From positions 1 through 60,249 of the forward strand of contig JACRCP010000392.1 of assembly GCA_016218965.1 (NCBI GenBank): a stretch of DNA of 60,249 nt, read 5' to 3'. Positions within the stretch are counted from its first letter, which is position 1, and each line of letters starts with the position of its first letter. This document shows positions 9,186-19,050 of the stretch, piece after piece. The position numbers were made by a program, and so were the translations under genes. Under the pieces are notes generated by a model. That model saw only the letters and a program-made list of their open reading frames with translations. It had not been told where the DNA came from and made no database searches. Origin of the DNA: Deltaproteobacteria bacterium (GTDB lineage: Bacteria > Myxococcota > SpSt-1050 > JACRCP01).

Positions 9186-11279
9186 TCACGGGCACTCTGA
9201 AGTCATCATGAACGCAACGTGCCTCCGGAACGGCGGCGTGGCCATCGTCACTTGCGGTCCCGAAGCGGAGATGGTCTCGATTTCATTGCCCGTCACGTCA
9301 TCGATCCACTTCACCACGTGCCCGCCTTCGCACAGGGCGTCAAAGTCGAGCGTCGTGGAAACCTCCGGATGTCCCTTGTATGCCTTCTCCAGCGCATGGT
9401 GCTGCGACTCCAGGGCCTCCAGATCCGTGATGATCCGGTCCAACAAGGTGGACAGTCCCGCCGCCATGTTCACCTTGTCCTGCTGCGGAAGGTTCTTCAA
9501 CAAATCCCTGTAACGGCCGAAGAAACCCGAGGGGTCCTGGAACATCTGAAGAGCCAGGTCCTCCGCCGCGGCCTGGTCCACTCCGAAGTACTTGACGAAT
9601 AACGCGGCCGTCTCGGCGAGATACGGATCGGTGTCCACTTGGATGCCTTCCTGGACCAGAAAAGAGTACCAGTAGTTGATTCCCTGAATCACGACGACCT
9701 GATTAGCCAGCCTCTCGCCGCTCGATGCGCCCCGAACTGAATTGACGATGTCGACGCGGTAGTCGGATGGATTGTCGTGCAGGAGCCAGCCGATCATCCT
9801 CTTTCCGTCGCTTGCGGCGGTGGGTACAATTCCGGCGGTGCGCGAGGTCACCTGATCGTTGTAATTGCGCGAGTCAAAGGAGGTCAGATCAACCGTCTTG
9901 AGCATCTCGCGCATGACCCTGTGCGTGTCTGCCACGAACGCCCCCCGGCCCCGATCTCCTGTGTCGGGGGTAAACCTCGGAAACTCGGCCCACGTCGCGC
10001 CGGCGCCGGACGACCCGGAGGCCAGGTGCGTCCAGGCCACGTTGTGCTCCGCCTCCGCGGTTAGAGACTCCGGCCATTTGCCACCCACGTAGCGTTCGTT
10101 CTCCATGACGGGACGTCTGTATCCGACGATCTCCTCGTGCATCCACTTGAGCGTCTTTCGGAGCTCCAAGACGACGTCCACCGGCCTCGGGATCAGCGTT
10201 GTCACTCCGTGGTAGTAGTGGTGCATGGCGATGTCGGTTCCGGCGTTGACCCAAAAGGCCTTTGGAGTTGCGGGCACGTACCCCGTGGCGGAGACGGACA
10301 CAAGGTGCGCCTTCCCGTAGCGCGAGATCTCGTAGTCCCGGATGAACTTCCCCATCTCTTCGACCCAGTCCGCGTCGATTTGATCCGACCCGCTCCCGCC
10401 GCAGCCGGTGAGCTCGTTCCACAGCTCCCACGTGAAGATGTTGGACGAGGAACCCCAGCGGTCCACAATGTATTGAAGTCGCTTCTTCCAGAGGGCCTTG
10501 GCGTCGGCCCTGGTAACAAGGTCGCCCAGGGAGTTGAGCGGCCCGCCATGACTCACATGGTATGGCCAGAACGGCAGATTGTCGTCCAGGCCCACGAGCT
10601 GGCAAGTGTGGGCAATGAGCACCAAGTCCACGTATATGTCGTACTTTTCGGCGAGCCCGATGAAGTGGTCGATCCGTGTGGCGTACTCCTCGTTGAATGT
10701 CCCCGCGGGGTCTTCGAGGAACTGTATCTTTCCCGCGTCAACGAGAGCCTTGATGTCCTCGTCCTGCCACCAGCCGGTGCCCTCGATGTCAATCCGGAAG
10801 AAGTTCTCGCCGTTTGCCTGCGTGTCTTGAAAACGCTTCTCGAGCGTCTCGGGATCATAGGTAACGGTCTTGCCGCCGATTGCCACGGCCCCGAAGTAGT
10901 CAAGGCTCAATTGCTCGCCGCTCGCCGCCGTACCGAGCGGGAAAAACGGCGTCCCGTCCTCGAACATGAAGTAGCGGCCGTTGGGCGCCACCTTGATCCA
11001 TGGCTTCTCGATCGAGGCGTCGGGCCCCGCGCCGGAATCCGGCTCGGTCTCCGCGCCGCCATCCGAGCCCCCGTCCGTGGCCGTTGGCCCGTCGGTCCCC
11101 GCATCATCCGACCCCGCATCGGCCGCCGCCCCGGCGTCTGCTCCGGCGTCGGCGCGGGACACGTCCGAATCCGACTCCTTCCCGACACCATCCCCACGAC
11201 CTCCGCAGCCGCCCAGGACGGGACAAAGAACGAACGCCAGGGCCAAAGTCAGATGGCACGCTTTTCTTTTGATGTTCAT
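9186..11279 (-). CDS. Lipoprotein with GH-A clan (GH5-like) glycoside hydrolase domain
   Basis: Lipobox LGGC; acidic DAG linker; GRYFMFEDGTPFFPLG; WELWNE (acid/base Glu); PVMENE (candidate nucleophile). Confidence 0.75.
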   Translation of the reverse strand: MNIKRKACHLTLALAFVLCPVLGGCGGRGDGVGKESDSDVSRADAGADAGAAADAGSDDAGTDGPTATDGGSDGGAETEPDSGAGPDASIEKPWIKVAPNGRYFMFEDGTPFFPLGTAASGEQLSLDYFGAVAIGGKTVTYDPETLEKRFQDTQANGENFFRIDIEGTGWWQDEDIKALVDAGKIQFLEDPAGTFNEEYATRIDHFIGLAEKYDIYVDLVLIAHTCQLVGLDDNLPFWPYHVSHGGPLNSLGDLVTRADAKALWKKRLQYIVDRWGSSSNIFTWELWNELTGCGGSGSDQIDADWVEEMGKFIRDYEISRYGKAHLVSVSATGYVPATPKAFWVNAGTDIAMHHYYHGVTTLIPRPVDVVLELRKTLKWMHEEIVGYRRPVMENERYVGGKWPESLTAEAEHNVAWTHLASGSSGAGATWAEFPRFTPDTGDRGRGAFVADTHRVMREMLKTVDLTSFDSRNYNDQVTSRTAGIVPTAASDGKRMIGWLLHDNPSDYRVDIVNSVRGASSGERLANQVVVIQGINYWYSFLVQEGIQVDTDPYLAETAALFVKYFGVDQAAAEDLALQMFQDPSGFFGRYRDLLKNLPQQDKVNMAAGLSTLLDRIITDLEALESQHHALEKAYKGHPEVSTTLDFDALCEGGHVVKWIDDVTGNEIETISASGPQVTMATPPFRRHVAFMMTSECP

Positions 11280-11343
11280 CGCATTCTCCCAAAACGGGTT
11301 GGTGTCAATACCGGTACGCGGTCGTTCCTGACATCACATCCCA

Positions 11344-12342
11344 TCAAGGTGCTTCGATCTTGGTACCGGTGGGATCGCGACGGAAGCGCAGCCGTCCCTC
11401 GTAGTGCGCCGCCCACCAGGCGAAGAAGTCCCCGCGCTCGGCTCCGTCGATCATCCATCGGTAGTGACGGTCGCCGATGTCTTCGCCCGCCGTGCTTCGT
11501 CCGTTGAGCTTCGTTCCATCCCACTCCAAGTACTCGGAGCGGCCGAAGGTCCAACTCCCTGCGTTGGCGTACTGGCGGCCGTCGAGATCGACGACGCCGG
11601 GCAGGTGGGTATGACCGCACACGAGCGCGCGATGCGTCCCTTCGCGGATGGCGGTGCGCGCGGGCTCGAACAGCGCGTGCGGATCGCCCCAGATGGTGCG
11701 CGACCAGTACTGGATGAACGCCTCGCACTCGGCTGCCCGTCCGTCGATGCCCATCATCCGGTACACGGCGGCGGCTCGATGGAGGTGCCGGCCGTAGGCT
11801 GCGCCGACCCAATGGGCCGCCCGGTTCCGCCACGTGTCGTGATCCCACAGGGGAACGCGGAACTCGAAGCCGAAGAGCCGCTCGGCGAGGTTGTGCAGCG
11901 ACACCTTCAACCGGTGCCCCCGGCGTCCGGGGTGGCAGTAACGATCGAGCTGGTGGCCGTGCATCACGCGGATGTCGCCCAGCTCGATCTCGACGCACGC
12001 CCGCGCACCCGGCAGCAGCCGCTCGTAGTCCACGGTCCAGTCGTGGTTGCCAAGGACAAAAATCACCTGGACGCGGCGGGCCAGCTTCTCCAGCGCGCGC
12101 ATGGCCGGAAGGTGCGCGCGGCCGATGCGTCGCGCCGAGAATGCCTGGGGCAGATCGAACGAATCCCCCATGAAGACGACGGCGTCAGTCGCGTTGCCGC
12201 AGCCGGCGAGAAATCGGGCGAGCCGCTCGTCGCTGGCTCCGAAGGAGTCGTTCCTCGCGCCGTCGCCGAGGTGGAGGTCGCCGACGAAGCGCGCAGTCGT
12301 GCCGGCGGGAAGCCGGACTACCCGTGACGCGGGCGGGGTCAC
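11344..12342 (-). CDS. Calcineurin-like metallophosphoesterase (LpxH-like)
   Basis: DLHLG, GDSFD, GNHD, HGH and GHTH motifs. Confidence 0.85.
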   Translation of the reverse strand: MTPPASRVVRLPAGTTARFVGDLHLGDGARNDSFGASDERLARFLAGCGNATDAVVFMGDSFDLPQAFSARRIGRAHLPAMRALEKLARRVQVIFVLGNHDWTVDYERLLPGARACVEIELGDIRVMHGHQLDRYCHPGRRGHRLKVSLHNLAERLFGFEFRVPLWDHDTWRNRAAHWVGAAYGRHLHRAAAVYRMMGIDGRAAECEAFIQYWSRTIWGDPHALFEPARTAIREGTHRALVCGHTHLPGVVDLDGRQYANAGSWTFGRSEYLEWDGTKLNGRSTAGEDIGDRHYRWMIDGAERGDFFAWWAAHYEGRLRFRRDPTGTKIEAP

Positions 12343-12445
12343 TCTGCCTCAACCCGGGGCGCGTGCCTCTGTGCCGGCGCGCCAACTCGGCCATTGTCGG
12401 GTCCGCGGGCGGACGTCTCGAAGGCCTCCGTCCTTTCGCCGACAC

Positions 12446-13498
12446 TCACGGCAGTTCCCCGTGCGGTTCGACGACGACCCGGACCACGCCGCCGTCCCTG
12501 CCGGCAAGGCGACGGAGCGCGGCGTCGGCCTGCGCCAGCGGATAGCGGGCGGAGATGGAGGCTGACAGATCGAGACGCCCCGCCGCAACGAGGCGGTACA
12601 GGTCCTCGATGTCGCGGCGGTCCATCCCGAAGGAGCCGAGCACCGCCTGCTCGCGCCCCACGAAGGAGGCGAGCGGCGGCAGCTCGGGCCGCGCCGGCCC
12701 GACGCCGACCACGACCGCGCGGCCGCCCTTGCCGAGGCAGCGCACGGCGAGCGCCACCGTCTCCGCTGCGCCCACGCACTCGAGCGCCAGGTCGAGGCCG
12801 CCCAGCCGCCGCCGGACCTCGCGCGCGACGTCCGCCTCACGCGGATCGAGCGCGAGATCCGCGCCGAGCGCGGAGGCCCGGACGAGCGCCGCCGGGTCGG
12901 TGTCCACCGCGACCACGCAGGCCGCGCCCATCAGGCGCGCGATCTGCACCGCGTGCGTGCCCAGGCCCCCGCAGCCGAAGACGCCGACCGTCTCCCCTGC
13001 GCGCAGCGCGCCGCGGGTGCGCAGCGCGTGAAAGGGCGTGGCCACGCCGTCCGTCGCCACCGCGCCGATGTCGAAGGGGATCGCGTCGGGCAGAGGGATG
13101 ACCGAGCGCGCCGGCGCCGCCACGTACTCGGCCAGCGCCCCGTCGCGCGCCATGCCGTAGACCTTCGAGCGATCGCACAGCGACTCGCGTCCGGCGACGC
13201 AAAAGCGGCAAGCTCCGCAGGACGCCGCGGGGAAGAGCGCCACGCGATCGCCTTCGCGGACGGTCGCGGCATCCCGGCCTTTTGCGGCCACAACGCCGGC
13301 CGCCTCGTGGCCGAGCGTGATGGGCGTCCGCTCGACGGGCAGGTCGCCGGCGACGGCAAGGTGCAGGTCCGTGCCGCACAGGCCGCAGGCGCGCACCTCG
13401 ACCAGCACCTCGTCCGGCCCGGGTTCGGGCACGGGGATCTCCTCGATGCGGAGCGGTTCTCCGGCGCATACGAGCCGCGCCGCGAGCATGGTCTTCAT
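12446..13498 (-). CDS. Zinc-dependent alcohol dehydrogenase (MDR family)
   Basis: CGTDLH, GHE, CGACRFC...C structural Zn site, GCGGLG NAD-binding motif. Confidence 0.93.
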   Translation of the reverse strand: MKTMLAARLVCAGEPLRIEEIPVPEPGPDEVLVEVRACGLCGTDLHLAVAGDLPVERTPITLGHEAAGVVAAKGRDAATVREGDRVALFPAASCGACRFCVAGRESLCDRSKVYGMARDGALAEYVAAPARSVIPLPDAIPFDIGAVATDGVATPFHALRTRGALRAGETVGVFGCGGLGTHAVQIARLMGAACVVAVDTDPAALVRASALGADLALDPREADVAREVRRRLGGLDLALECVGAAETVALAVRCLGKGGRAVVVGVGPARPELPPLASFVGREQAVLGSFGMDRRDIEDLYRLVAAGRLDLSASISARYPLAQADAALRRLAGRDGGVVRVVVEPHGELP

Positions 13499-14136
13499 CG
13501 CTCACCTCCGCGCTCCGTCGCCGGCGCAACGCCGTCGAGGAGCAGATCGAGCGCGGCGCCAAGCTCGCGATCCGTGGGGTGGGGGGTGGCGCCCAGGTTC
13601 TCCCGCGAGTCGCGCAGCAGGTGCAGGCCGACGAATGCGCTCCAGACGAGGTCTGCGGCCATCCTCGCCTCCGGACCGCCGCCGCCGTCACGAAGGAGCG
13701 CGGCGAAGCGCCGGAAGTTGTCGCCCGAGCGTCGCGCGAGGTCCGACTTCACCTCGTCGGAGACCCACGCCGTCGCCTGCGGGTGGGCGAGGTAGGCGAA
13801 GACGTGGAAGTACTCCGGGTGCTCGGCGCGCACCTCGCCGAAGAAGCGCCAGAGCCGCTCGATGCGCCCGCGGCGCGGCAGCCCGGCCGCGGCGATCTCG
13901 TCGAGTCCCCGGGCCATGAAATCGATGCCGTCGAGCAGCAGCGAGGTGAAGATCTCGTCCTTGCTCTTGTAGTAGAAGAAGAGCGTCGCCTCGCTGATCT
14001 CGCACGCCTTGGCGATCTCGCGCGAGGTGGCGCCGTTGAAGCCACGGTCGCGAACCAGCGCCCGCGCCGCGTCCAGCACGCTCTTCTTGCGCGCCTCCCG
14101 CTCCCGCTCTCGTCGCTCCTGTATGCCCATGCTCAT
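13495..14136 (-). CDS. TetR/AcrR family transcriptional regulator
   Basis: MGIQERRERE N-terminus; GFNGATSREIAKACEISEATLFFYYKSKDEI HTH; ATGA overlap with upstream gene. Confidence 0.92.
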   Translation of the reverse strand: MSMGIQERREREREARKKSVLDAARALVRDRGFNGATSREIAKACEISEATLFFYYKSKDEIFTSLLLDGIDFMARGLDEIAAAGLPRRGRIERLWRFFGEVRAEHPEYFHVFAYLAHPQATAWVSDEVKSDLARRSGDNFRRFAALLRDGGGGPEARMAADLVWSAFVGLHLLRDSRENLGATPHPTDRELGAALDLLLDGVAPATERGGER

Positions 14137-15275
14137 GCCTCCAATGCCCGCGCTATTGTCTCGCGCTGGATCTCGCTCGTGCCCTCGCCGTACTCGAGCA
14201 CCTTGCAGTCGCGGTAAAAGCGCTGGGCCGCGCTCTCGAGCATGTAGCCCTGGGCGCCGCACAGGTGCAGCGCCCGCTCGCAGGTCCAGGTGCAGGTCTC
14301 GGTGGCGAAGAGCTTGGCCATGGACGCCTCGTTGCCGTGCGGCTTGCCCGCGTCGGCGAGCCGCGCGGCGTGGAGCGTGAGCTGCCACGCCGCCTCGAGC
14401 CGCGTCGCCATGTCGGCGAGCGTGAATCGGACGAACTGCTGGCGCAGGAGCGGGCCCCCGAACTGGACCCGTTCGCGCACGTGGGTGAGCGCGGTCTCGT
14501 GCGCGGCGCGGCCGAGCCCCACGCCGAATGCCGCCGCTGCGATCCGTCCAAGGGTGAGCACCTTCATCGCCTGGAGGAAGCCGGTGCCCTCCGGGCCGAG
14601 CCGATCGGCCTCGCCGGCGCGGCAGCCGTCGAGCACGATCTCGGCCATTTCGGAGGCGCCCATCCCGAGCTTTTCCATCGGACGGCCGACGGTCACGCCG
14701 GGCCGGTCGAGCTCGACCACGAACAGCGACAGCCCCTTGAGCCCGCGCTCGGGCTCTGTCGAGGCGACCAGCACCGCGAAGTCGGCGAACGGCGCGTTGG
14801 TGATGTAGAGCTTGCCGCCGTCCAGCACGTAGCCGCCGCCCTCCCTGCGGGCGCGGGTCCGCACGCTCGCGACATCCGAGCCGGCGCCGGGCTCCGCGTA
14901 CGCCCAGCACGCGATCCGCTCGCCCCGGAGCGCCGCGGGGAGGATCCGCCGGCGCTGCCCGTCACTCCCGAGGTGGTGGACGGCTCCGCACGCGAGCGCG
15001 GTGTGCACGTACATGCCCAGGGCGACCCCCGCCGAGCCGCGTGCGAGCTCGGCGCACATCAGCGCGTAGAGCGTCGAGCCGCCCCCGCTTCCGCCCACAT
15101 CCTCGGGGAACGCGGTCCCGAGCCAGCCGAGCGCGCCCAGGCGCGCGAACAGCTCGCGCGGGTAGCGCCCGGCGCGGTCCCAGGCCGCGGCGTGAGGCGT
15201 GATCTCCCGGGCCGTGAACGCCCGGACGGCATCCTGGAACTGGGCCTCGTGGTCGGCGAGCAGCGCGTCGCTCAT
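14133..15275 (-). CDS. Acyl-CoA dehydrogenase
   Basis: AEPGAGSD, GGKLYITN, KLGM, RVQFG, GAQGY and YGEGTSEIQ motifs. Confidence 0.95.
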   Translation of the reverse strand: MSDALLADHEAQFQDAVRAFTAREITPHAAAWDRAGRYPRELFARLGALGWLGTAFPEDVGGSGGGSTLYALMCAELARGSAGVALGMYVHTALACGAVHHLGSDGQRRRILPAALRGERIACWAYAEPGAGSDVASVRTRARREGGGYVLDGGKLYITNAPFADFAVLVASTEPERGLKGLSLFVVELDRPGVTVGRPMEKLGMGASEMAEIVLDGCRAGEADRLGPEGTGFLQAMKVLTLGRIAAAAFGVGLGRAAHETALTHVRERVQFGGPLLRQQFVRFTLADMATRLEAAWQLTLHAARLADAGKPHGNEASMAKLFATETCTWTCERALHLCGAQGYMLESAAQRFYRDCKVLEYGEGTSEIQRETIARALEA

Positions 15276-15292
15276 GGGTTCTCCTTACGGGG

Positions 15293-16072
15293 TCACCGCC
15301 CCCCGAAGCGGCCCGGGCGTTTCTCCCTGAACGCGGACAGGGCCTCTCTGTGGTCCCCGCTCTGCAGGCACTGGACCTGCGCGTGGACCTCGTAGTCGAA
15401 CTCGGCGGTCATCCCGCGGTCGAGCGAGCGCCGGATGGCGCGCTTGGTGAACGCCATGGCCCGCGGCGGGCTGGCGGCGAGCGCGCCCGCCAGCTCGGCG
15501 ACGGCGCCGTCGAGGGCTTCCGGCTCGACCGTGCGGGTCACGAGCCCGATCCGCTCCGCCTCCTCGGCGCCCACGAACCGGCCCGACATCGTAAGGTCGG
15601 TCGCGCGCCCGAGCCCCACAAGCCGCGGCAGGAAGTAGCCCGCGGACATGTCGCAGCCCGCCAGGCCGATCTTCACGAAAGGCGCGCACAGGCGAACACC
15701 GCGCGCGGCGATCCGGTAGTCGCATGCGAGCGCCAGACCCAGGCCCCCGCCCACCGCGTCGCCGTGAAGGCGCGCAATGACCGGCTGGTCCATGGTCGAG
15801 ATCCGGCGGATCGGATCAAGGTAGCGCTCGACGATGCGCTCCCACTCGAGGGGCGAGCGCGGGACCATCTCGGCCTGGTCGGCCCCGGCGCAGAAGGCGC
15901 GGCCTGCGCCCGCGAAGACGACGCAGCGCACGTCAGAGTCGGCGGCGGCGCGATCGAGTGCCGCGCAGAGCGCCTCGAGCGTGGGCAGATCGATGGCGTT
16001 GAGCCGATCGGGCCGGTTCAGCGTAACAGTCGCCACGCCGTCGTGAACACCCAGCAGCACGGTCTCGTTCAT
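15293..16072 (-). CDS. Enoyl-CoA hydratase/isomerase (PaaG-like, Asp-type)
   Basis: LNRPDRLNA, AFCAGAD, GGGLGLALACD; lacks both catalytic Glu but has Asp in GCDM. Confidence 0.9.
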   Translation of the reverse strand: MNETVLLGVHDGVATVTLNRPDRLNAIDLPTLEALCAALDRAAADSDVRCVVFAGAGRAFCAGADQAEMVPRSPLEWERIVERYLDPIRRISTMDQPVIARLHGDAVGGGLGLALACDYRIAARGVRLCAPFVKIGLAGCDMSAGYFLPRLVGLGRATDLTMSGRFVGAEEAERIGLVTRTVEPEALDGAVAELAGALAASPPRAMAFTKRAIRRSLDRGMTAEFDYEVHAQVQCLQSGDHREALSAFREKRPGRFGGR

Positions 16073-16512
16073 GTCGATGCCCTCCCCGGCCGCAGCGCAT
16101 AGTCGAAACTCCCCTCGAAGACGGTCTCGCCAGCGGGGTCCGTGGCGTTGACCTCGACCGTGACGTCCGCGCGGCCCGCCTCGTCGAACGCGCCCCGTGC
16201 GACCCCGGCGATCGCCGAATCGACACTGGCCCGCGCGACGACATCACCCTCCGCGCGCCGCGTGTAGCGCACCGTGGCGCCGCGCAGAAGCACGAACGCC
16301 CGATCGCCGGCAATGACGCGCCACGCGGCGACGCCGGCGGCGGTCTCGGCGGCGGTGAACAGCGCCCCTGCGTGCACGATGCCGACGTGGTTGGTGACAG
16401 TCTCGGACAGCGGCATGCGGAGGGTGACCGCGCCGCCGGGGTCCTCGCGGGCCTCCAGATGGTGGACGCGAAGGTAGGGGATGCGGTCGAGGATGCCGGC
16501 GAGGTCCATCAC
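16069..16512 (-). CDS. PaaI-type hot-dog fold thioesterase (DUF4442-like)
   Basis: NHVGIVHAGALFTAAE motif. Confidence 0.85.
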   Translation of the reverse strand: MMDLAGILDRIPYLRVHHLEAREDPGGAVTLRMPLSETVTNHVGIVHAGALFTAAETAAGVAAWRVIAGDRAFVLLRGATVRYTRRAEGDVVARASVDSAIAGVARGAFDEAGRADVTVEVNATDPAGETVFEGSFDYALRPGRAST

Positions 16513-17366
16513 TTCGCCTCCAGCTTCAGCGCCCGCAGCGCATTGTCGCGCACGACCTTGCGGAAGATCTCGTCACCGAGATCGAGCGCTTCGAGCTCGG
16601 CGAGCGTCCGCTCGAACGGGAGCAGCGGGTAGTCGGTGGCCCACAGCACCTTGTCCCGGCCCCAGCCGCGGGCGAACTCGACGAACGAGGCCGGCCAGTG
16701 TTTGGGCGTGCGGGCGCTCGTTTCGACGTAGACGTTCGGGTGCTTCCAGGCGAGCGTCATCATCTCCTCGTGCCAGGGCTGGCCGAGGTGGCAGCCGATG
16801 ATCGTGAGCTCGGGGAAGGCGAGCGCGACCTCGTCGAGGTAGATCGGCCGCCCGCACTCGCTGGGCAGCAGCGGTCCCGTGTGGCCCACCTGGATGGCGA
16901 CGGCGGCGCCGAGCTCCTGGGCTGTCAGATACACCGGCCAGTAGTGTTTGTCGTTCGGCGCAAGCCCGGTCATGCCGTCGCCGTACATGTAGGGCTCGAG
17001 CCGGATTACTTTCATGCCCAGGTCGCGGACGAGCCGTTCGACCCCGCGGGCGACCTCGCCGGGCTTCTTCAAGGGGTTGACGGTGCCCGAGCCTACGAAG
17101 CGATCCCGGTGCCGCGTCACGATCCCGGCGACCTCCTCGTTGGAAACCACGGCCACGTCCTTGTGGTAGAAGGCCGAGAGCACGCAACGGTCCACGCCCG
17201 CCGCGTCCATCTCCCCGAGCATCTGCTCGACGCTCATCCCCTCGAATATGACCTTTGGTGAGCGGTACTTCCTGAAGATGTGCAGGTACTCGGCGGGCCA
17301 CTTCTTCGCGCCCTCCGGTCCGATCCAGCTCCCCCAGGCGTCGATCGCGATTCGCTCCCGGCTCAT
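16509..17366 (-). CDS. Amidohydrolase_2 family protein
   Basis: MDAAGVD, QVGHTGP, LDEVALAFPEL.IIGCH.G.PW, NVYVETSA and WATDYP motifs. Confidence 0.9.
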   Translation of the reverse strand: MSRERIAIDAWGSWIGPEGAKKWPAEYLHIFRKYRSPKVIFEGMSVEQMLGEMDAAGVDRCVLSAFYHKDVAVVSNEEVAGIVTRHRDRFVGSGTVNPLKKPGEVARGVERLVRDLGMKVIRLEPYMYGDGMTGLAPNDKHYWPVYLTAQELGAAVAIQVGHTGPLLPSECGRPIYLDEVALAFPELTIIGCHLGQPWHEEMMTLAWKHPNVYVETSARTPKHWPASFVEFARGWGRDKVLWATDYPLLPFERTLAELEALDLGDEIFRKVVRDNALRALKLEAK

Positions 17367-18244
17367 GACTGGTTCCTCCGCAGTTTCAGGATGGCGCGCG
17401 CCTCGCCGGGGCTCGCGGGCTCGACCCCCAGGTCGCGCAGGATTCGGACCGCCTTCTCGACGATCTGCCCGTTTCCGCGGGCGAGCTCGCCGCGCGCGAT
17501 GTAAACGTTGTCCTCCATGCCGACGCGCACGTGGCCGCCCATGGCCACGGCGGCGCCGAGCATGCGGAAGTGGTTCCGGGCCCCGATGGCGCTCACGAGC
17601 CACTGCGCCCCCGGTGGAAGCCCATCGGCGAGGTGGACGAGGTTTCTCACCGTGGCCTCGGTGACCTCGCCGGGGATCCCCATGACGAAATTGACGAGCA
17701 GCGGCTCGGCGAGCACGCCGCGCGCGTGCAGGGCTCGCAGGTTGTTGACCATGCCCGCGTGGTATATCTCGAGCTCGGGTTTCGTGCCATGCTCGAGGAA
17801 GACGCGGGCGACGCGCTCCATCTCCTCGTGCGACGCGAAGAGCGGCACGAAGCGATCCCCCACCCAGCGGCCCCTGCGCTCGTCGAACCTGCCCAGCAGA
17901 CTCCCGCCGCCCAACGAGAGCGACGCGATCTCGGGGCGAAGCTCCGGCACGACCCGGATCCGCTCTTCGATCGGGAGTCCCGCCACGGCCCCTCCGGTCG
18001 TAAGGTTCACGATCGCGTCGCACCCGGCTTCGCGCAGACCCTCCACGATGCGCCGGAAGACCGCCGCGTCGGCCGCCGCCTTGCCGCCGCCGTCGCGGGC
18101 GTGCAGGTGCAGGACCGCGGCGCCCGAGCGCCAGGCCTCGATCCCCTGCGCGACGATCTCATCCGGCTGCTCGGGCAGGTTCGGGTTGGCTTCCTTGCCC
18201 TGCTGAGCGCCGGTCAGGGCGCATGTGATGATCACCCTATCCAT
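17363..18244 (-). CDS. Beta-keto acid cleavage enzyme (BKACE/DUF849, KCE family)
   Basis: IITCALTG, HLHAR Zn ligands, TTGG, PELEIY and VRVGMEDN. Confidence 0.93.
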   Translation of the reverse strand: MDRVIITCALTGAQQGKEANPNLPEQPDEIVAQGIEAWRSGAAVLHLHARDGGGKAAADAAVFRRIVEGLREAGCDAIVNLTTGGAVAGLPIEERIRVVPELRPEIASLSLGGGSLLGRFDERRGRWVGDRFVPLFASHEEMERVARVFLEHGTKPELEIYHAGMVNNLRALHARGVLAEPLLVNFVMGIPGEVTEATVRNLVHLADGLPPGAQWLVSAIGARNHFRMLGAAVAMGGHVRVGMEDNVYIARGELARGNGQIVEKAVRILRDLGVEPASPGEARAILKLRRNQS

Positions 18245-18256
18245 CTCGCGCCGCCG

Positions 18257-19045
18257 TCACTTTCCCGTGAACTCGGCCCGCCGCTTCTCGAGAAAGGCCG
18301 CCATGCCCTCCTTCTGATCGCGGGTCATGAAGTTGAGCATCACTGTGTTGATGGAAAAGTCGATGGCCGACTCGAGGTCGGTAGTCATCCACTTGTGGAT
18401 GATCTCCTTTTGTGTGCCCAGCGCGGTCGGGCTCTTCCCGGCCAACTTGGCGCACAGGGCAGAAACGGCCGCCTCCAGTCCCTCCGCGGGAACCACCTGC
18501 TGCACCAGCCCGCGGCGCTCGGCCTTCGCGGCGTCCCAGTACTCGCCCAGGTAGGCCATCTCCCTCGCGCCCTGGATGCCGATGCAGAGCGGCAGGATCG
18601 CGGCCTCGACGATGGCGGGGATGCCGCGGTGAATGTTGGGCAGACCGAATCGGGCGCGGTCGCTCGCGATCATGAAGTCGCACGAGACGGCAAGCTCCAG
18701 GCCCGCTCCGAGGCACAAACCGTCGATGACGCAGACGATCGGCTTCCCGGTGGTGCGCAGCGCGAGGAAGGTCCGGTGCAGCTCGCGGCCGACCTCGCGC
18801 GCCTCGATCCCATGCATATCCTTGACATAGGCGACGTCGATGCCGGCCGAGAACGCCTTCTCGCATGCCGAGTCGATCCGGATGACGCGTATGGCGCGGT
18901 CGGACGCGGCGTCGCAGAGCGCCCCGCGCAGCTCGACCAGCATCGTGCCGTCAATGGCGTTGAGCACCCCGGGTCGGTTCAGCGTGACGCGGAGGGCCGG
19001 GCCCTTCCGCACGCAGCGGATCGTCTTGCGGCCGCGGTCGCTCAT
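18257..19045 (-). CDS. Enoyl-CoA hydratase/isomerase
   Basis: AFSAGID and GAGLELAVSCD; second catalytic Glu replaced (GLPNIHRG). Confidence 0.9.
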   Translation of the reverse strand: MSDRGRKTIRCVRKGPALRVTLNRPGVLNAIDGTMLVELRGALCDAASDRAIRVIRIDSACEKAFSAGIDVAYVKDMHGIEAREVGRELHRTFLALRTTGKPIVCVIDGLCLGAGLELAVSCDFMIASDRARFGLPNIHRGIPAIVEAAILPLCIGIQGAREMAYLGEYWDAAKAERRGLVQQVVPAEGLEAAVSALCAKLAGKSPTALGTQKEIIHKWMTTDLESAIDFSINTVMLNFMTRDQKEGMAAFLEKRRAEFTGK

Positions 19046-19050
19046 TTCGT

